Shown here: positions 17,893-27,025 of the stretch, one piece after another
Position numbering within the stretch: the stretch's first letter is position 1
Layout of the letters: each line of letters starts with the position of its first letter
From: a virus
Taxonomy: Duplodnaviria; Caudoviricetes
Length of the DNA: 43,708 nt
Reading direction: 5' to 3' (one strand)
IMG/VR virus record: IMGVR_UViG_3300021066_000028
Span: 1 to 43,708 of that record
Notes under the pieces: model-generated
Told to the model about the DNA's origin: nothing
The model's database searches: none
Seen by the model: the letters and a program-made list of their open reading frames with translations, nothing else
Made by a program: the position numbers and the translations under genes

Positions 17893-18964
17893 TCGCCGGG
17901 CCTCCCGATGGCTGAGATTGCGGCTTGGATGAACTCCGCGGCGACTTGCGGAACGATTGCATTGCCGTAGCCCCGCAGGAGTCCCACGCGGCCGGGTATC
18001 CCATGAGCCAGCGGGAATGAGCCGGGTTCAACGCGCCGCGCTTTTCCGTCGGTACAGTGGACGAGCTCGCAGGCACTCCAATGACCATGACCGCCTGCTG
18101 TGAGAGCGGGACGCCCGTGTCGGTTGGTCGCGGCGGCTTGTCGCCCCTGCTGTGGTCCTGTGCTGTTGGCGACACCCATCCCGCAAGTTTCATTGTCTTC
18201 CGGCTCGAGTCCGTGTTCCCGGCCGGATTGTAATCCTCCGTTCCCGCATTGCCCGCCATCGGTGTTGGCCACCCCGCCAATGCCGCATCCGCTGGCAACG
18301 CTCCTCCCGCTTGGTTCGGCCCACCGTTGCTGCCGTCCGTTGCTCTCGGCGTGTTCCAGCCGCACAACGTCGCTGCATCTTGGAGATTCACCGAGTGCCC
18401 GCCCGCCTTGCGCTTCGCTGGATCTTGCGGTCCTCCCCGGGTGTTCGTGTCCGGTGTCGGCCAACCCACTAATTGCGCTGCAATCTGCAAAGGCATCCCC
18501 GCTCCGTTCCCGTTCCCATGCTTCGCCTTCAGCTCCGTCGCTCGCTCCTGCCAAGACTCGAGCGATTCGCCCAAGTTCATGGCATTCGCGTCCGGAGTAG
18601 GCCAGCCAGTAGAGCCGTTGTCGGATGTGCGGAGCGCCGAGGCCCGCAGCGCAGAGATCGGCTGCTGCCCTTCGATAGCCCATTCCTTCCAGGTCAGCGA
18701 ATACTCCGGCGAGCCATAGGCGGCCATCCTTGCTCGCAACCTGCTCGCCAAACAAGATTGCAGGTCGTCGGGCGTCGATGAGTCGCGCGAAGCTCGGCCA
18801 AAGGTGCCTTTCGTCCCGCATCCCTTGGCCTTTCCCCGCCGCGCTAAACGGCTGACAGGGACAGGAACCAGTCCAAACCGGAACGCTGTCTGGCACGCCG
18901 GCGAGTCGGAGGGCGTAGCTCCAGCCGCCGATCCCGGCGAAGAAATGGCATTGAGTGAATCCAT
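17885..18964 (-). CDS. Overprinted C5-methyltransferase beta subunit/TRD (359 aa, alternate frame)
   Basis: Five GW(P/N/V)(T/S)P repeats and motif IX-like LNPAHSRWLMGYP, in a different frame within the alpha gene. Confidence 0.7.
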   Translation of the reverse strand: MDSLNAISSPGSAAGATPSDSPACQTAFRFGLVPVPVSRLARRGKAKGCGTKGTFGRASRDSSTPDDLQSCLASRLRARMAAYGSPEYSLTWKEWAIEGQQPISALRASALRTSDNGSTGWPTPDANAMNLGESLESWQERATELKAKHGNGNGAGMPLQIAAQLVGWPTPDTNTRGGPQDPAKRKAGGHSVNLQDAATLCGWNTPRATDGSNGGPNQAGGALPADAALAGWPTPMAGNAGTEDYNPAGNTDSSRKTMKLAGWVSPTAQDHSRGDKPPRPTDTGVPLSQQAVMVIGVPASSSTVPTEKRGALNPAHSRWLMGYPAAWDSCGATAMQSFRKSPRSSSKPQSQPSGGPANE

Positions 18965-19103
18965 GAAGGTCAGTCGGTGAGATGTCGGTAATCGATCGCT
19001 CGTCCACGACGCCGGGAGCGATCAGCCCGGCCTTGATGAGTTCCCTGAGCCAGGCGGCCGCTTTCGGGTCGTTCTCGTTGTAGAAAGCGACCAGCTCGCT
19101 CAT
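17889..19103 (-). CDS. DNA C5-cytosine methyltransferase, alpha subunit (404 aa)
   Basis: Motif I FFAGIGG, IV GSCPCQPFS, VI EQV, VIII HIRQRLY, X GNAIVPQVA; no motif IX in this frame. Confidence 0.88.
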   Translation of the reverse strand: MSELVAFYNENDPKAAAWLRELIKAGLIAPGVVDERSITDISPTDLHGFTQCHFFAGIGGWSYALRLAGVPDSVPVWTGSCPCQPFSAAGKGQGMRDERHLWPSFARLIDARRPAILFGEQVASKDGRLWLAGVFADLEGMGYRRAAADLCAAGLGAPHIRQRLYWLAYSGRECHELGRIARVLAGASDGAEGEAWERERSGDAFADCSAISGLADTGHEHPGRTARSSEAQGGRALGESPRCSDVVRLEHAESNGRQQRWAEPSGRSVASGCGIGGVANTDGGQCGNGGLQSGREHGLEPEDNETCGMGVANSTGPQQGRQAAATNRHGRPALTAGGHGHWSACELVHCTDGKARRVEPGSFPLAHGIPGRVGLLRGYGNAIVPQVAAEFIQAAISAIGRPGE

Positions 19104-19261
19104 TTACTCCCTTCCATGCGGGCTAGGAGCCAGCGCATCAGCTTCAGGAGGGACCGCTTCCATTTCGGAATGGCCAACTCAGCTTTCGCGGCTTCATTTT
19201 GCTCTTCGTTATAGACGCCGGCCTTTCCGTCCGGGTCGATATATCGGTCTCCGTCTTTCAT
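19100..19261 (-). CDS. Small hypothetical protein (53 aa; not in the ORF track)
   Basis: MKDGDRYIDPDG...ARMEGSK, ATGA-coupled to the MTase start. Confidence 0.4.
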   Translation of the reverse strand: MKDGDRYIDPDGKAGVYNEEQNEAAKAELAIPKWKRSLLKLMRWLLARMEGSK

Positions 19262-19283
19262 AAGTGTTATCCAGCGAGCTCGC

Positions 19284-19574
19284 TCATCTCTTCTCCTCCG
19301 CGCGCGTGAGATAAATCTCGGCTAATGGTTTGAGGAATTGGATGTCACCTAGGCGCGTCAGATCGACATTTGCAGGAATGGCGATCCTTAATGATTCTTT
19401 CTGGATCGCCTCAACCGCAGACGCATATTTGCCATCCGCCCATCCTTGCTGCGCTGGAGTGATCGCGAGGTTGATGGCCGCCGCCTCAGGCAACGTGAGA
19501 TTGAACTGCTTCTTGATGTCCAAGGCGCGCATGTAATCCCCTCCAGGGGCCGCACACTTTTGTTCCCCGCTCAT
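19284..19574 (-). CDS. Hypothetical protein (96 aa)
   Basis: Coupled early-region ORF. Confidence 0.5.
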   Translation of the reverse strand: MSGEQKCAAPGGDYMRALDIKKQFNLTLPEAAAINLAITPAQQGWADGKYASAVEAIQKESLRIAIPANVDLTRLGDIQFLKPLAEIYLTRAEEKR

Positions 19575-19885
19575 CCCGCCGCCTCCTCTTGCGTTTCAGT
19601 GCCCGCGCCGGGTTCGCTCTCATCGGTCGGTAAGTGAGCGTCGATTAGGTCGCGGATTTCATCGTTCGCCACATGGTCTCGCGCCTCCCGCATGATGCAC
19701 TCCATGCCGCTTTGCATCTGTTGAGAGTTACGGAGAGCGCGGCGAAGTGACTTCACAAGTTCGGCGCACTCGGTCGCCGCCTGATGCCAAAACAGAATGG
19801 CAGCCTTCATATCATCTTTATAGACCGTGTTGGTCGTGCCTCGCTGGCACCTGCCAACGATTCGCAATGCTTCGTCCTCGCTCAT
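19571..19885 (-). CDS. Hypothetical protein (104 aa)
   Basis: ATGA-coupled. Confidence 0.5.
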   Translation of the reverse strand: MSEDEALRIVGRCQRGTTNTVYKDDMKAAILFWHQAATECAELVKSLRRALRNSQQMQSGMECIMREARDHVANDEIRDLIDAHLPTDESEPGAGTETQEEAAG

Positions 19886-20112
19886 GCCCTTCCCTCCGGC
19901 TGGTTGGCGCTCTCGGCGACGGTGCGTTTCGCGACCGCGCTAGGAGATGTGCTCTTCCAAAACGCCAAGACTTCACCGCGGAAGCCGTGCGCCACATGAT
20001 ACCCCCTGTGTCCATGTGGGCGCGTGCAAAAGAAGCCGTTTCTATGTCGGCACTCATTAGCGATGCTTCGGGCTTGATCGACCATCTCGCGAATTGTTGG
20101 CTGCGTGCTCAT
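19882..20112 (-). CDS. Hypothetical Cys/His protein (76 aa)
   Basis: C..FCTRPHGHRGYHVAH motif; ATGA-coupled. Confidence 0.5.
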   Translation of the reverse strand: MSTQPTIREMVDQARSIANECRHRNGFFCTRPHGHRGYHVAHGFRGEVLAFWKSTSPSAVAKRTVAESANQPEGRA

Positions 20113-21200
20113 TCGTTTGGCTCAATGGCTGCCGCCTGACATTCGCGACAGAGGGTTTCAGTGTCGTTGTGGGTGAGTTCGCTAATCGCGAACTGCTTGC
20201 CGCATCCCGAGCAGTCGCCTTCCTCTTTGGCGCTCTCGGCGGATGCGGAGAGGGCGGCTACCCTGTCGATTGCAACCCGGAACTGTTTCCTCCACTCTTT
20301 CACCCATCCCGCTTCGTCGTTAGGGTCCGCATCCTTAACGGCTTCAAGAGTGAGTGCGTCGATGTCTACGTCTCCCAACCCCTCAAAGATGCGCTCATCA
20401 GCCATCCAGTCGAGCCGCTTCCCATCCGCCTCCAACTCCTTCACCCGCTCACGCTCGGAGGAGAGTTCGGCGCGGAGGGTGTCTATTTGTTCCAGTGCTT
20501 CGGCATGATTGTCCTGCCACGCTTTCGATGATGTCGCCCACCGCTCCACTTCCGCCCGTAGTTCCTCGACGATGGTGGCGGATGGGGTGGAGAGGGCTTG
20601 GTCAGCGGCCTTCAGCACGTCGTCGTAGCCACACGAGCATGCTTTCGGATGGAGGTTGAACCGTTCGCATCCATCTTTGTGGCGAGACTGATAGATGAAC
20701 TTTCGTGCAACCGTTAGCGCCGCCCGCATCACCGCCTCCCGGCTCAGCGCCTCGTCTCGTTCCTGAATCAGTGCCTTTACGCGGGCAGCGGCCTCCGTAG
20801 TGCTCTCGCTGCCGGGAACGCCAAGGGCGTCTGTTATCGAAAGCGCCTCTTTAATCGCTCCACTGGCTTTAGAGAGTGCCGCCCTCGCCTCGTCGCGCTC
20901 TCGCGTGACGGTGGAGAGTTGGGCTTCGCTGTCTCGATTCGCGATATTCAGCCGCTCAATCTCGCGGTCAGCGCGAGTGAGACATTCGTTCGCCTCCTCC
21001 AGCCGCTTCGCGAGGTCGTTGCGCGAGCGTTCGAGTTGGCGGGCAAAGGTGGCGCTTACTTTCTGGAGATGAGGAAGCGTGTGATGCTGTGCAGTTCTCC
21101 CAATTTCGGTATCGGTCTCCGGCGTGTCGCTTGTGCTCATGGCGGGCGAAACACCCATTGCGGCCAGTTCGTCGTTACTGTGCGGGTTGAAGGTGCTCAT
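20109..21200 (-). CDS. Coiled-coil accessory (Ead/Ea22-like) protein (363 aa)
   Basis: SDTPETD...FARQLER N-terminal motif, repeated RERDEA coils, KRLDW, C-terminal CxxC...CxxC. Confidence 0.55.
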   Translation of the reverse strand: MSTFNPHSNDELAAMGVSPAMSTSDTPETDTEIGRTAQHHTLPHLQKVSATFARQLERSRNDLAKRLEEANECLTRADREIERLNIANRDSEAQLSTVTRERDEARAALSKASGAIKEALSITDALGVPGSESTTEAAARVKALIQERDEALSREAVMRAALTVARKFIYQSRHKDGCERFNLHPKACSCGYDDVLKAADQALSTPSATIVEELRAEVERWATSSKAWQDNHAEALEQIDTLRAELSSERERVKELEADGKRLDWMADERIFEGLGDVDIDALTLEAVKDADPNDEAGWVKEWRKQFRVAIDRVAALSASAESAKEEGDCSGCGKQFAISELTHNDTETLCRECQAAAIEPNE

Positions 21201-21218
21201 AGTCGTTCGTTCCTCGGT

Positions 21219-21494
21219 TTACTTGCTCTCGGTGGGCACGGCTTCCGGCTCATGCGTCCACTCCAGCCCGATTTTGCGGGCACAGCCGTTTCCTATCTCA
21301 TGAGACAACATGTCGCCGGAATCGGGCACGTATTTAGCCTCGTCGTCGGGATGCGGGATTTGCCCGCCACCTGCTATGATGTGGATGCGGCGCTTTGGCG
21401 GCCCAGTCAGGTCTTTCTGGCAGAGCACGCAGGCCCGGTCGGTTTTCGAGCGGCGGCGTGATTCGTAGTCGCAAGGAATGGTGCGCAGTTTCAT
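21219..21494 (-). CDS. Hypothetical protein (91 aa)
   Basis: CVLC...IGNGCARKIG Zn-like motif. Confidence 0.5.
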   Translation of the reverse strand: MKLRTIPCDYESRRRSKTDRACVLCQKDLTGPPKRRIHIIAGGGQIPHPDDEAKYVPDSGDMLSHEIGNGCARKIGLEWTHEPEAVPTESK

Positions 21495-22024
21495 GGCTTG
21501 CTCTCGGTGGGTGGCGGGGGAAGGGGTTGGTAGTATTCACCGCTCAGAATCCTCCCAATCGATCGCTTGCTGATTCCGTGCACGCGGCCAAGCGCCTCCC
21601 AAGAGACTCCGCCCTGCGCGTATTCACTCCGAATCGCCGCCACAGCAGAATCGCTCAGTTTCGCCGAGGGAGACCTTTTTCCCTTCCAGGGAGACGCCAT
21701 CCGGCCAAGGGATGCTGCATACCGAATATTCTCTCCCTGGGTGCACCATTCCAAATTGGAAACGGTGTTGTTCGCCGGGTTGCAATCGAGATGGTTAACA
21801 CAGGTCTTACCATCGCTGCGCGGAATGAATGCCTCCGCAACCACGCGATGAACGCGGACAATCCTCCTCGGGCCGGACAGCCTCGCCAGAACGTATCCCT
21901 GATCATTCCTATACAACCCGATCGACTGCCCGGTTTTCTTGCGAAGTCGGCCGGCGTCCGACACTTCATACCTGCCCTCGTATCCGGCCACGGGTTTCCA
22001 GGTTTCTGAGATGTTATCGATCAT
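21491..22024 (-). CDS. NUMOD4/HNH homing endonuclease (177 aa)
   Basis: ETWKPVAGYEGRYEVSDAGR (NUMOD4), VHRVVAEAF..VNHLD.NPANN.VSNLEW (HNH_3), C-terminal HTH. Confidence 0.88.
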   Translation of the reverse strand: MIDNISETWKPVAGYEGRYEVSDAGRLRKKTGQSIGLYRNDQGYVLARLSGPRRIVRVHRVVAEAFIPRSDGKTCVNHLDCNPANNTVSNLEWCTQGENIRYAASLGRMASPWKGKRSPSAKLSDSAVAAIRSEYAQGGVSWEALGRVHGISKRSIGRILSGEYYQPLPPPPTESKP

Positions 22025-22827
22025 GACTTCTGGCCTCCCTTCGGACTCGCCTCCCGCGGTGTGGTGGCGCGGCGGTTCCAGATTTCCCGCAATTGATCCT
22101 TCACCCCCTCCATCGCAGGAAACATCAGCAACGTGGAGCAGCCACATTGCGCAGACTCACACGCGATATACTGGCCGCCGAAGTTCTCTCCATCCGGCAC
22201 CTCTCCGAACGCCGCAGGACCGCCGCATAGCGGGCACGGCTTCAGCGCCTCCCGCGCTGGGGTGGAGCGGCGGTTCTGACGATGCGGACAGTCCACCGCA
22301 TGCGCCCACGGCCTGCCGTCATCGGGATAACGTAGCCCTTGGTCGTAGCACCACTGGCAGAAGTAATCCTCCGGCTTCAGCGCCTCACCGTCTGGCGTCT
22401 GCCCAACGGGAGAAGGCTCCAATGCCTTGCGCTGCTCAAGCGTGTATCCGCTCACTCGTTTGGTGGCGGCTTCAATCGACCGCTTCGCGCTTTCCGGCAG
22501 TTCGTTGATTTGCTCCTTGGCCTTCTCGCTGTTCCGGTCGAGCGCAGCCATCATCGCTGCACTGATGCTCGTTCCGGGCACGAGTCCTACGCTGACATCA
22601 CGGAGCACCTTCGCCGTGTCGGGATTCTCGCCCTCGGTCTGGGCGGGTTCGCGGGTGGCGTCTGGTTTGTGAACCTCGCAGAAGTTGAAGGTTGCAACGT
22701 TCACCACTGCTGGGCGGGAGCAGTGCAGGGAGCCATCGCAACGAACTGATGGCTTGCGGCATTCGTCGCAAAGCAGGTCGGGGCCCGTGCGTTTGTTCTT
22801 CACGCAGTTGATGCAATTCGTGCTCAT
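22021..22827 (-). CDS. Multi-Zn-finger protein with a C-terminal Lar (restriction alleviation)-like domain (268 aa)
   Basis: LKPCPLCGG..YIAC...CG......WNRR. Confidence 0.6.
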   Translation of the reverse strand: MSTNCINCVKNKRTGPDLLCDECRKPSVRCDGSLHCSRPAVVNVATFNFCEVHKPDATREPAQTEGENPDTAKVLRDVSVGLVPGTSISAAMMAALDRNSEKAKEQINELPESAKRSIEAATKRVSGYTLEQRKALEPSPVGQTPDGEALKPEDYFCQWCYDQGLRYPDDGRPWAHAVDCPHRQNRRSTPAREALKPCPLCGGPAAFGEVPDGENFGGQYIACESAQCGCSTLLMFPAMEGVKDQLREIWNRRATTPREASPKGGQKS

Positions 22828-22975
22828 AGTCTCTTGCCTTCTGGCGGTGTTGGGTCGGTGGTCATAGGTCAGTTCGGCCAGTATTTAAGGAAGATAGCCC
22901 AAGCCTTGAGTGCGCCTTTAGCTGTTGCCTCGGGTCTGCGCTTTGGTTTCTGTTTGCGGGGTTTCTTGGTCATGG

Positions 22976-23404
22976 CTATTTCTTCAGCGTTAGGTAAAGC
23001 GCCTCGGCGCGCTGGCGGGCGCTGGCGGAAACGAACTTGCGACGGTCCGCACTAGATGAGTTGTCGTAGTCGAAGATGCCGCAATGCAGGCCGGTCACTC
23101 CGGCCCATAGGCGCACCCGGAACAGCTTGTGCTGAACCTCGTCCAGCGTTGCTTCGACCGAAGCGCAGGCGTTCAGGCAGCCGGTGTAGTTGGGTGGCGC
23201 TTGCGTTCTGCTTCCAGGCCCAACCGGAACCCCCGGAGGATGCATGCCGAGTTCGGGGCGCTCATTGAGCCCATAGCTCTGATGCTCGAAGGTTTTTCCG
23301 CCCTGGCGATATGTCTTTGGATACCGTGTGCGGTTCCAGCCCAACGCTTCCGCCAGCATCACATTCAGCCTCTCGTCCGGCACGTCTTTTAGGTCGGTGG
23401 TCAT
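22976..23404 (-). CDS. Phage hypothetical protein (ABA-sandwich-like, 142 aa)
   Basis: LNVMLAEALGW...PNYTGCLNAC...ASARQRAEA pattern. Confidence 0.5.
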   Translation of the reverse strand: MTTDLKDVPDERLNVMLAEALGWNRTRYPKTYRQGGKTFEHQSYGLNERPELGMHPPGVPVGPGSRTQAPPNYTGCLNACASVEATLDEVQHKLFRVRLWAGVTGLHCGIFDYDNSSSADRRKFVSASARQRAEALYLTLKK

Positions 23405-23408
23405 GGGG

Positions 23409-23588
23409 TTAGCCTTTCCTCCGACGCTCCATACGCTCTTGTTTCATTTCCAGGCGCTCGCTTTTACGCTCCCACATTTTGCCGCGACGGATGTGATGCG
23501 CCCGCTCCGGCAAATCTTGCCAGCATCCATGCCGGTTGTTGATCGCAATACCTCGGTAGCACTGCTCAATTTTCTGTTCGATTGTCAT
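23409..23588 (-). CDS. Hypothetical protein (59 aa)
   Basis: Start MTIEQKIE at 23588, after the upstream stop. Confidence 0.4.
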   Translation of the reverse strand: MTIEQKIEQCYRGIAINNRHGCWQDLPERAHHIRRGKMWERKSERLEMKQERMERRRKG

Positions 23589-23592
23589 AGGC

Positions 23593-24174
23593 TTAGCCTT
23601 TGGTGAGGGCGCGGGATTTCGCGGCGTCGATGGCTTCTCGCGGAGTTCTGCCATATCCCAATTGGCGCTCGTAAGGTTTCGCCATGTGATACTCGACGAC
23701 CTGCCAAACAATCTCGGTGTCATCCCCTCCGGTTGGCTCATCTACTGGAATGAGACCCCAGCAGTTTGCCTCAAGGGCCTTCAGCCGTTCCTTATCCTTC
23801 CGCAGTTCCGCGTTCTCCGTCGCCAGCCGCTCCTTCTCCTTCGTCTCGGCTTCTAGCGCATTGATAAGGAACTTAGTTGAAAGGGCCAGTTCAGTTTTTG
23901 CTAACTCGTAGACATCACTGCCGATCGGCGTGGAACAGGCGTCCTTGTAAGCGGCGCGCACCTTCGCAATCAGCTTTTCGTTGGCGGATTGGGTCGGGGT
24001 CGCGGGGGCTGGATCAGCGTTTGCAAATCCGTCGATGTCGCCCACGTAAGCGCCATGAGGGTTGAGAATCTGAGCGAGGTCGGTCAGCCTGCGGGACGCG
24101 CTCTCGATGTTTTCAGCAACCAGTTCGATTTTGAAGCGCAAGGGAGCGCCGTTCGGCTCGGGGTCGGGGTGCAT
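23593..24174 (-). CDS. Hypothetical protein (193 aa)
   Basis: Coiled coil and C-terminal TPREAIDAA motif common in phage early genes. Confidence 0.5.
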   Translation of the reverse strand: MHPDPEPNGAPLRFKIELVAENIESASRRLTDLAQILNPHGAYVGDIDGFANADPAPATPTQSANEKLIAKVRAAYKDACSTPIGSDVYELAKTELALSTKFLINALEAETKEKERLATENAELRKDKERLKALEANCWGLIPVDEPTGGDDTEIVWQVVEYHMAKPYERQLGYGRTPREAIDAAKSRALTKG

Positions 24175-24176
24175 GG

Positions 24177-24476
24177 CTAGTCCCTCCCGGTTTGCGGCCA
24201 CCATTCCTTGAGCCATTTCCGAACCGCGTTGATGCTCGGCAGAATCTCGTCCGAGTAGGTGACGCAGTAGCGTGAAAACTGCGCCCTGATATTCCCGGCA
24301 CGGTCGCGATAGACGTTAAGAGCGCCGCTGTCCCCAGCAGTGGATGCGCCGACTGTTTTTTCCGGTTCCTTGAGACATTGGATGACTTCGGCGGGGGAGC
24401 TTACTGCCGTGAGTTTGGTTTTTCCCTTCCTTCCCGGAAGGTCCGTCATAGTCCATTTGTGGTGTTTAGTGAGCAT
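24177..24476 (-). CDS. Hypothetical protein (99 aa)
   Basis: Operon-packed ORF. Confidence 0.5.
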   Translation of the reverse strand: MLTKHHKWTMTDLPGRKGKTKLTAVSSPAEVIQCLKEPEKTVGASTAGDSGALNVYRDRAGNIRAQFSRYCVTYSDEILPSINAVRKWLKEWWPQTGRD

Positions 24477-24536
24477 ACTTTGACGCAGGTTCAGTGGTTG
24501 CTTTGGAAAAGATTCGTCTCCTTCGTTGCTCGGGGA

Positions 24537-24959
24537 TCAGGCGGGGCGGGCGGGTTCCTCGATGTCGTCCACTTGCGAGAGGAACGATTCGAGCATGTCG
24601 GCGACTTCGGTGGGGGTGGCGTTCGGGTCGCAAACAGGCAGCTTCAATCTCCGAATGAAGTGCGCGCCAGCGGTAAACAAGTCCTCCGATACATACTCAT
24701 TTAGCCCGAATATGATCGCGCCAGCCTTCACATACGAAGTGAGCCCATCCACCTCTACTCTGATGCCCTCGTCGCACCTTTTGTATTTTGCAAACTCGGG
24801 AAAGATGTGCGGGGTATGGCCAATCACGCATCCAACTGATCCACACTCGTCCTTCGCGATGGTGTTGTAATCAAACCGCTCCGGCGGCAACTCCCGCAGA
24901 TACGCAATCATCCGCTGCATCCGCTCGCGGCCTAGTTTGGTGATTAGTTTCGGTTTCAT
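24537..24959 (-). CDS. Hypothetical protein (140 aa)
   Basis: FDY...ECGSVGCVIGH..ATPTEVA phage-type motif. Confidence 0.55.
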   Translation of the reverse strand: MKPKLITKLGRERMQRMIAYLRELPPERFDYNTIAKDECGSVGCVIGHTPHIFPEFAKYKRCDEGIRVEVDGLTSYVKAGAIIFGLNEYVSEDLFTAGAHFIRRLKLPVCDPNATPTEVADMLESFLSQVDDIEEPARPA

Positions 24960-24964
24960 GGGAT

Positions 24965-25192
24965 TTAGCGGGCGCGAAGCATTGCATCGGCAGCCTTGTA
25001 TGCCTCCCGAGCAAGTGTCTGGTAGTCCCTGTAACCGCCCAACATGTGCTCAGGGTCACGGGAGATGCTTGCCTGCATCGCTTTCGCGGCGAAGTAGTCG
25101 CGGAGGGTCATGCCCTGCGTGCGGACGGTCAGCGTTCCCATGTCGTCAATGGTCTGCGGAAAGGCCGGTGGATTTTCGGGTTTCTCGTTCAT
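24965..25192 (-). CDS. Conserved phage protein (75 aa)
   Basis: PAFP...GMTLRDYFAAKAMQ...AYKAADAMLRAR signature. Confidence 0.75.
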   Translation of the reverse strand: MNEKPENPPAFPQTIDDMGTLTVRTQGMTLRDYFAAKAMQASISRDPEHMLGGYRDYQTLAREAYKAADAMLRAR

Positions 25193-25447
25193 CGGTGTTC
25201 GGGTTCGGGTTCGTCTTCGGTCAATGATTTCAGGTATTCGGCTCGCTCCTCAGCCTCCGCTTCAGCCGCTGCCTGCTCCTCAAGCCATTCGCGGTAGCAT
25301 TCGTAGTCTCGAACGCTGGCGCTCACGGCCTCCGCAGCCAGGAGACCAAGCCAGCCACTGCGATCAATGCCGCGCAGAACGCGACCGGCAGCAGCACGCG
25401 GTAAAGGCGGCGATGGCTCCAGGCGTAGGATTGGGGTCTGTGAGGGT

Positions 25448-25996
25448 TCATGGTTGGATTCGGGCGTATTCGAGGAGCAGGAGCGCATCCGCGTTCTTCA
25501 AAGTGACAGTCAGGCCGGGGAACCGGCGTTGCGCCTCGGCCTTCAGCTTGTTTTTCCAGTCGCGGACGATTGCGCCGTTCTTCGCCTTGATGGCGCGGAT
25601 CTCGTCAGCGTGTTCGACTCGCCATGCCTTCTTTGCGGCTTTGTCTAAGCCCCGCGGCGGAGAAGGGACCTTTTGCTTGCCAGTTCCGCCAAGGCTAAGC
25701 GCCTTCTGCCAATCTTTCGGCGAAACCTCGATGAGCCGAACGCCTAGCGTTTCTAGGATGCAGCCGACCCGCTCGACGTTCTTCCCAAACTCAAACATCT
25801 GCGCCGCGCCACCGTCCGGAATCCAGCCGTTGATTTTCTCGATGTAGGCGACCGCTCCAGGTTCGGCGATTTGGCGAAGTAGCGCGATGGCATCCCCGCG
25901 GGTCTCCGGCATGTTCTCCACGGCGGGCGTTCCGCCTTGCGGGAGCCATGCGATTGCCCCGGAGGCTCCGGGGTCTACAGCGATGAGAGTCTTCAC
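25448..25996 (-). CDS. RuvC-like Holliday junction resolvase (182 aa)
   Basis: IAVDPG.SGAIA, AYIEK, FEFG, VSPKDWQK, ADALLL. Confidence 0.8.
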   Translation of the reverse strand: MKTLIAVDPGASGAIAWLPQGGTPAVENMPETRGDAIALLRQIAEPGAVAYIEKINGWIPDGGAAQMFEFGKNVERVGCILETLGVRLIEVSPKDWQKALSLGGTGKQKVPSPPRGLDKAAKKAWRVEHADEIRAIKAKNGAIVRDWKNKLKAEAQRRFPGLTVTLKNADALLLLEYARIQP

Positions 25997-26352
25997 TTAA
26001 CCTCCCTCGGCTTCAGCATTAGCGCCAGTGAAAGCTGATTCGGGTCGTGCCTCAGTGCGCGCGCCGGTCGTAAGTCAGGCACTTCACTCGGGGGAATCTG
26101 ACGGCGGTTCAGGTCGTCTGCGTATTCCTGAATCGACTTCTCGGCAGTCGGTCCGGTCAGCTCGTGGTATGACTTACCGATAACCCGCGGCCCATTGTAG
26201 CGAGTATCTCCAGGCTTCGGGAAAAACCAGTGCCCCCACACGAGCTGGCAGTGGATCGTATTATCCATGCGGTCTGTCCGCTTGTTGAAGACCGACGAAA
26301 CCTCCTTCCGGCAGAGCCAGGAGTCCTGAGTTGTGGTGATTTGTTCGCTCAT
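25993..26352 (-). CDS. Hypothetical protein (119 aa)
   Basis: Coupled to the resolvase. Confidence 0.5.
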   Translation of the reverse strand: MSEQITTTQDSWLCRKEVSSVFNKRTDRMDNTIHCQLVWGHWFFPKPGDTRYNGPRVIGKSYHELTGPTAEKSIQEYADDLNRRQIPPSEVPDLRPARALRHDPNQLSLALMLKPREVK

Positions 26353-26395
26353 AATAAGCTCGGTTGCGAGTGTGAGTTTCTGAGGATGGTTTGCA

Positions 26396-27025
26396 TTAGG
26401 CGGCTAGCTTTTGGGGTTTTATCCGCTCCAGCGCGGCGTCGAAATCGCGGTAGAACCTCGCGAGGCATTGCCCGATCTTATCCATCCACTGCTCGTCTCG
26501 CTTGATGACGAGGTGGAACGGCGGCAGCTTCCGGCAGTAGGACAAGAAGTGCCACTCCGCGCGGCCGGTGACGTAGAGGCTCCCGTAGACCTGGCACCAA
26601 TACTCGTTCGGCAAGGTGCCGTTCAGGAGATACTTGATATGGGTCTCCGGATTCGGGCACTTGATTTCCAGCCCGGAGTCTTCGCCTATCAGCGCGTCTG
26701 GAGAGCATCCACAGCGGCCATCGTCGCCGACCACGAAGCCGACTCGATACGTCTCAAGGTCGAACTCCATCTCAAAGAACGGGATTGCCTCCTCCTCCAT
26801 GACGATACCCTGTTCCGTGGCGCGGCTCGTGAATCCCGGGAGCGGGCCCCAAGTCACTTCGGCGAGCTTCTTCGCAAGGTACGTCTTTGGCATCTCGCCG
26901 GTACGCGGTTCGAAACTGTTCGTCATGAAGTCGGCGAACCCGCTCGCGGTGGGACGGCCAAGGTGCAGCCGCATCCACTCACTTGAGCCCTGCTCGGCTT
27001 CTTGCTCGGAGTAGACCTTAGGCAC
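26396..27025 (-). CDS. YqaJ/lambda-exonuclease family recombination nuclease (209 aa)
   Basis: EQGSSEW..LHLGRPTAS, G...EEEA, GCSPDALI, LEIKCP, Y.CQV. Confidence 0.9.
   Translation of the reverse strand: MPKVYSEQEAEQGSSEWMRLHLGRPTASGFADFMTNSFEPRTGEMPKTYLAKKLAEVTWGPLPGFTSRATEQGIVMEEEAIPFFEMEFDLETYRVGFVVGDDGRCGCSPDALIGEDSGLEIKCPNPETHIKYLLNGTLPNEYWCQVYGSLYVTGRAEWHFLSYCRKLPPFHLVIKRDEQWMDKIGQCLARFYRDFDAALERIKPQKLAA

Noticed and set aside
19093-19287. ATGAGCGAGCT duplicated around a small ORF, as a possible target-site duplication
   Set aside because: Many genes here start ATGAGC(GA), so chance or a shared start context is sufficient.
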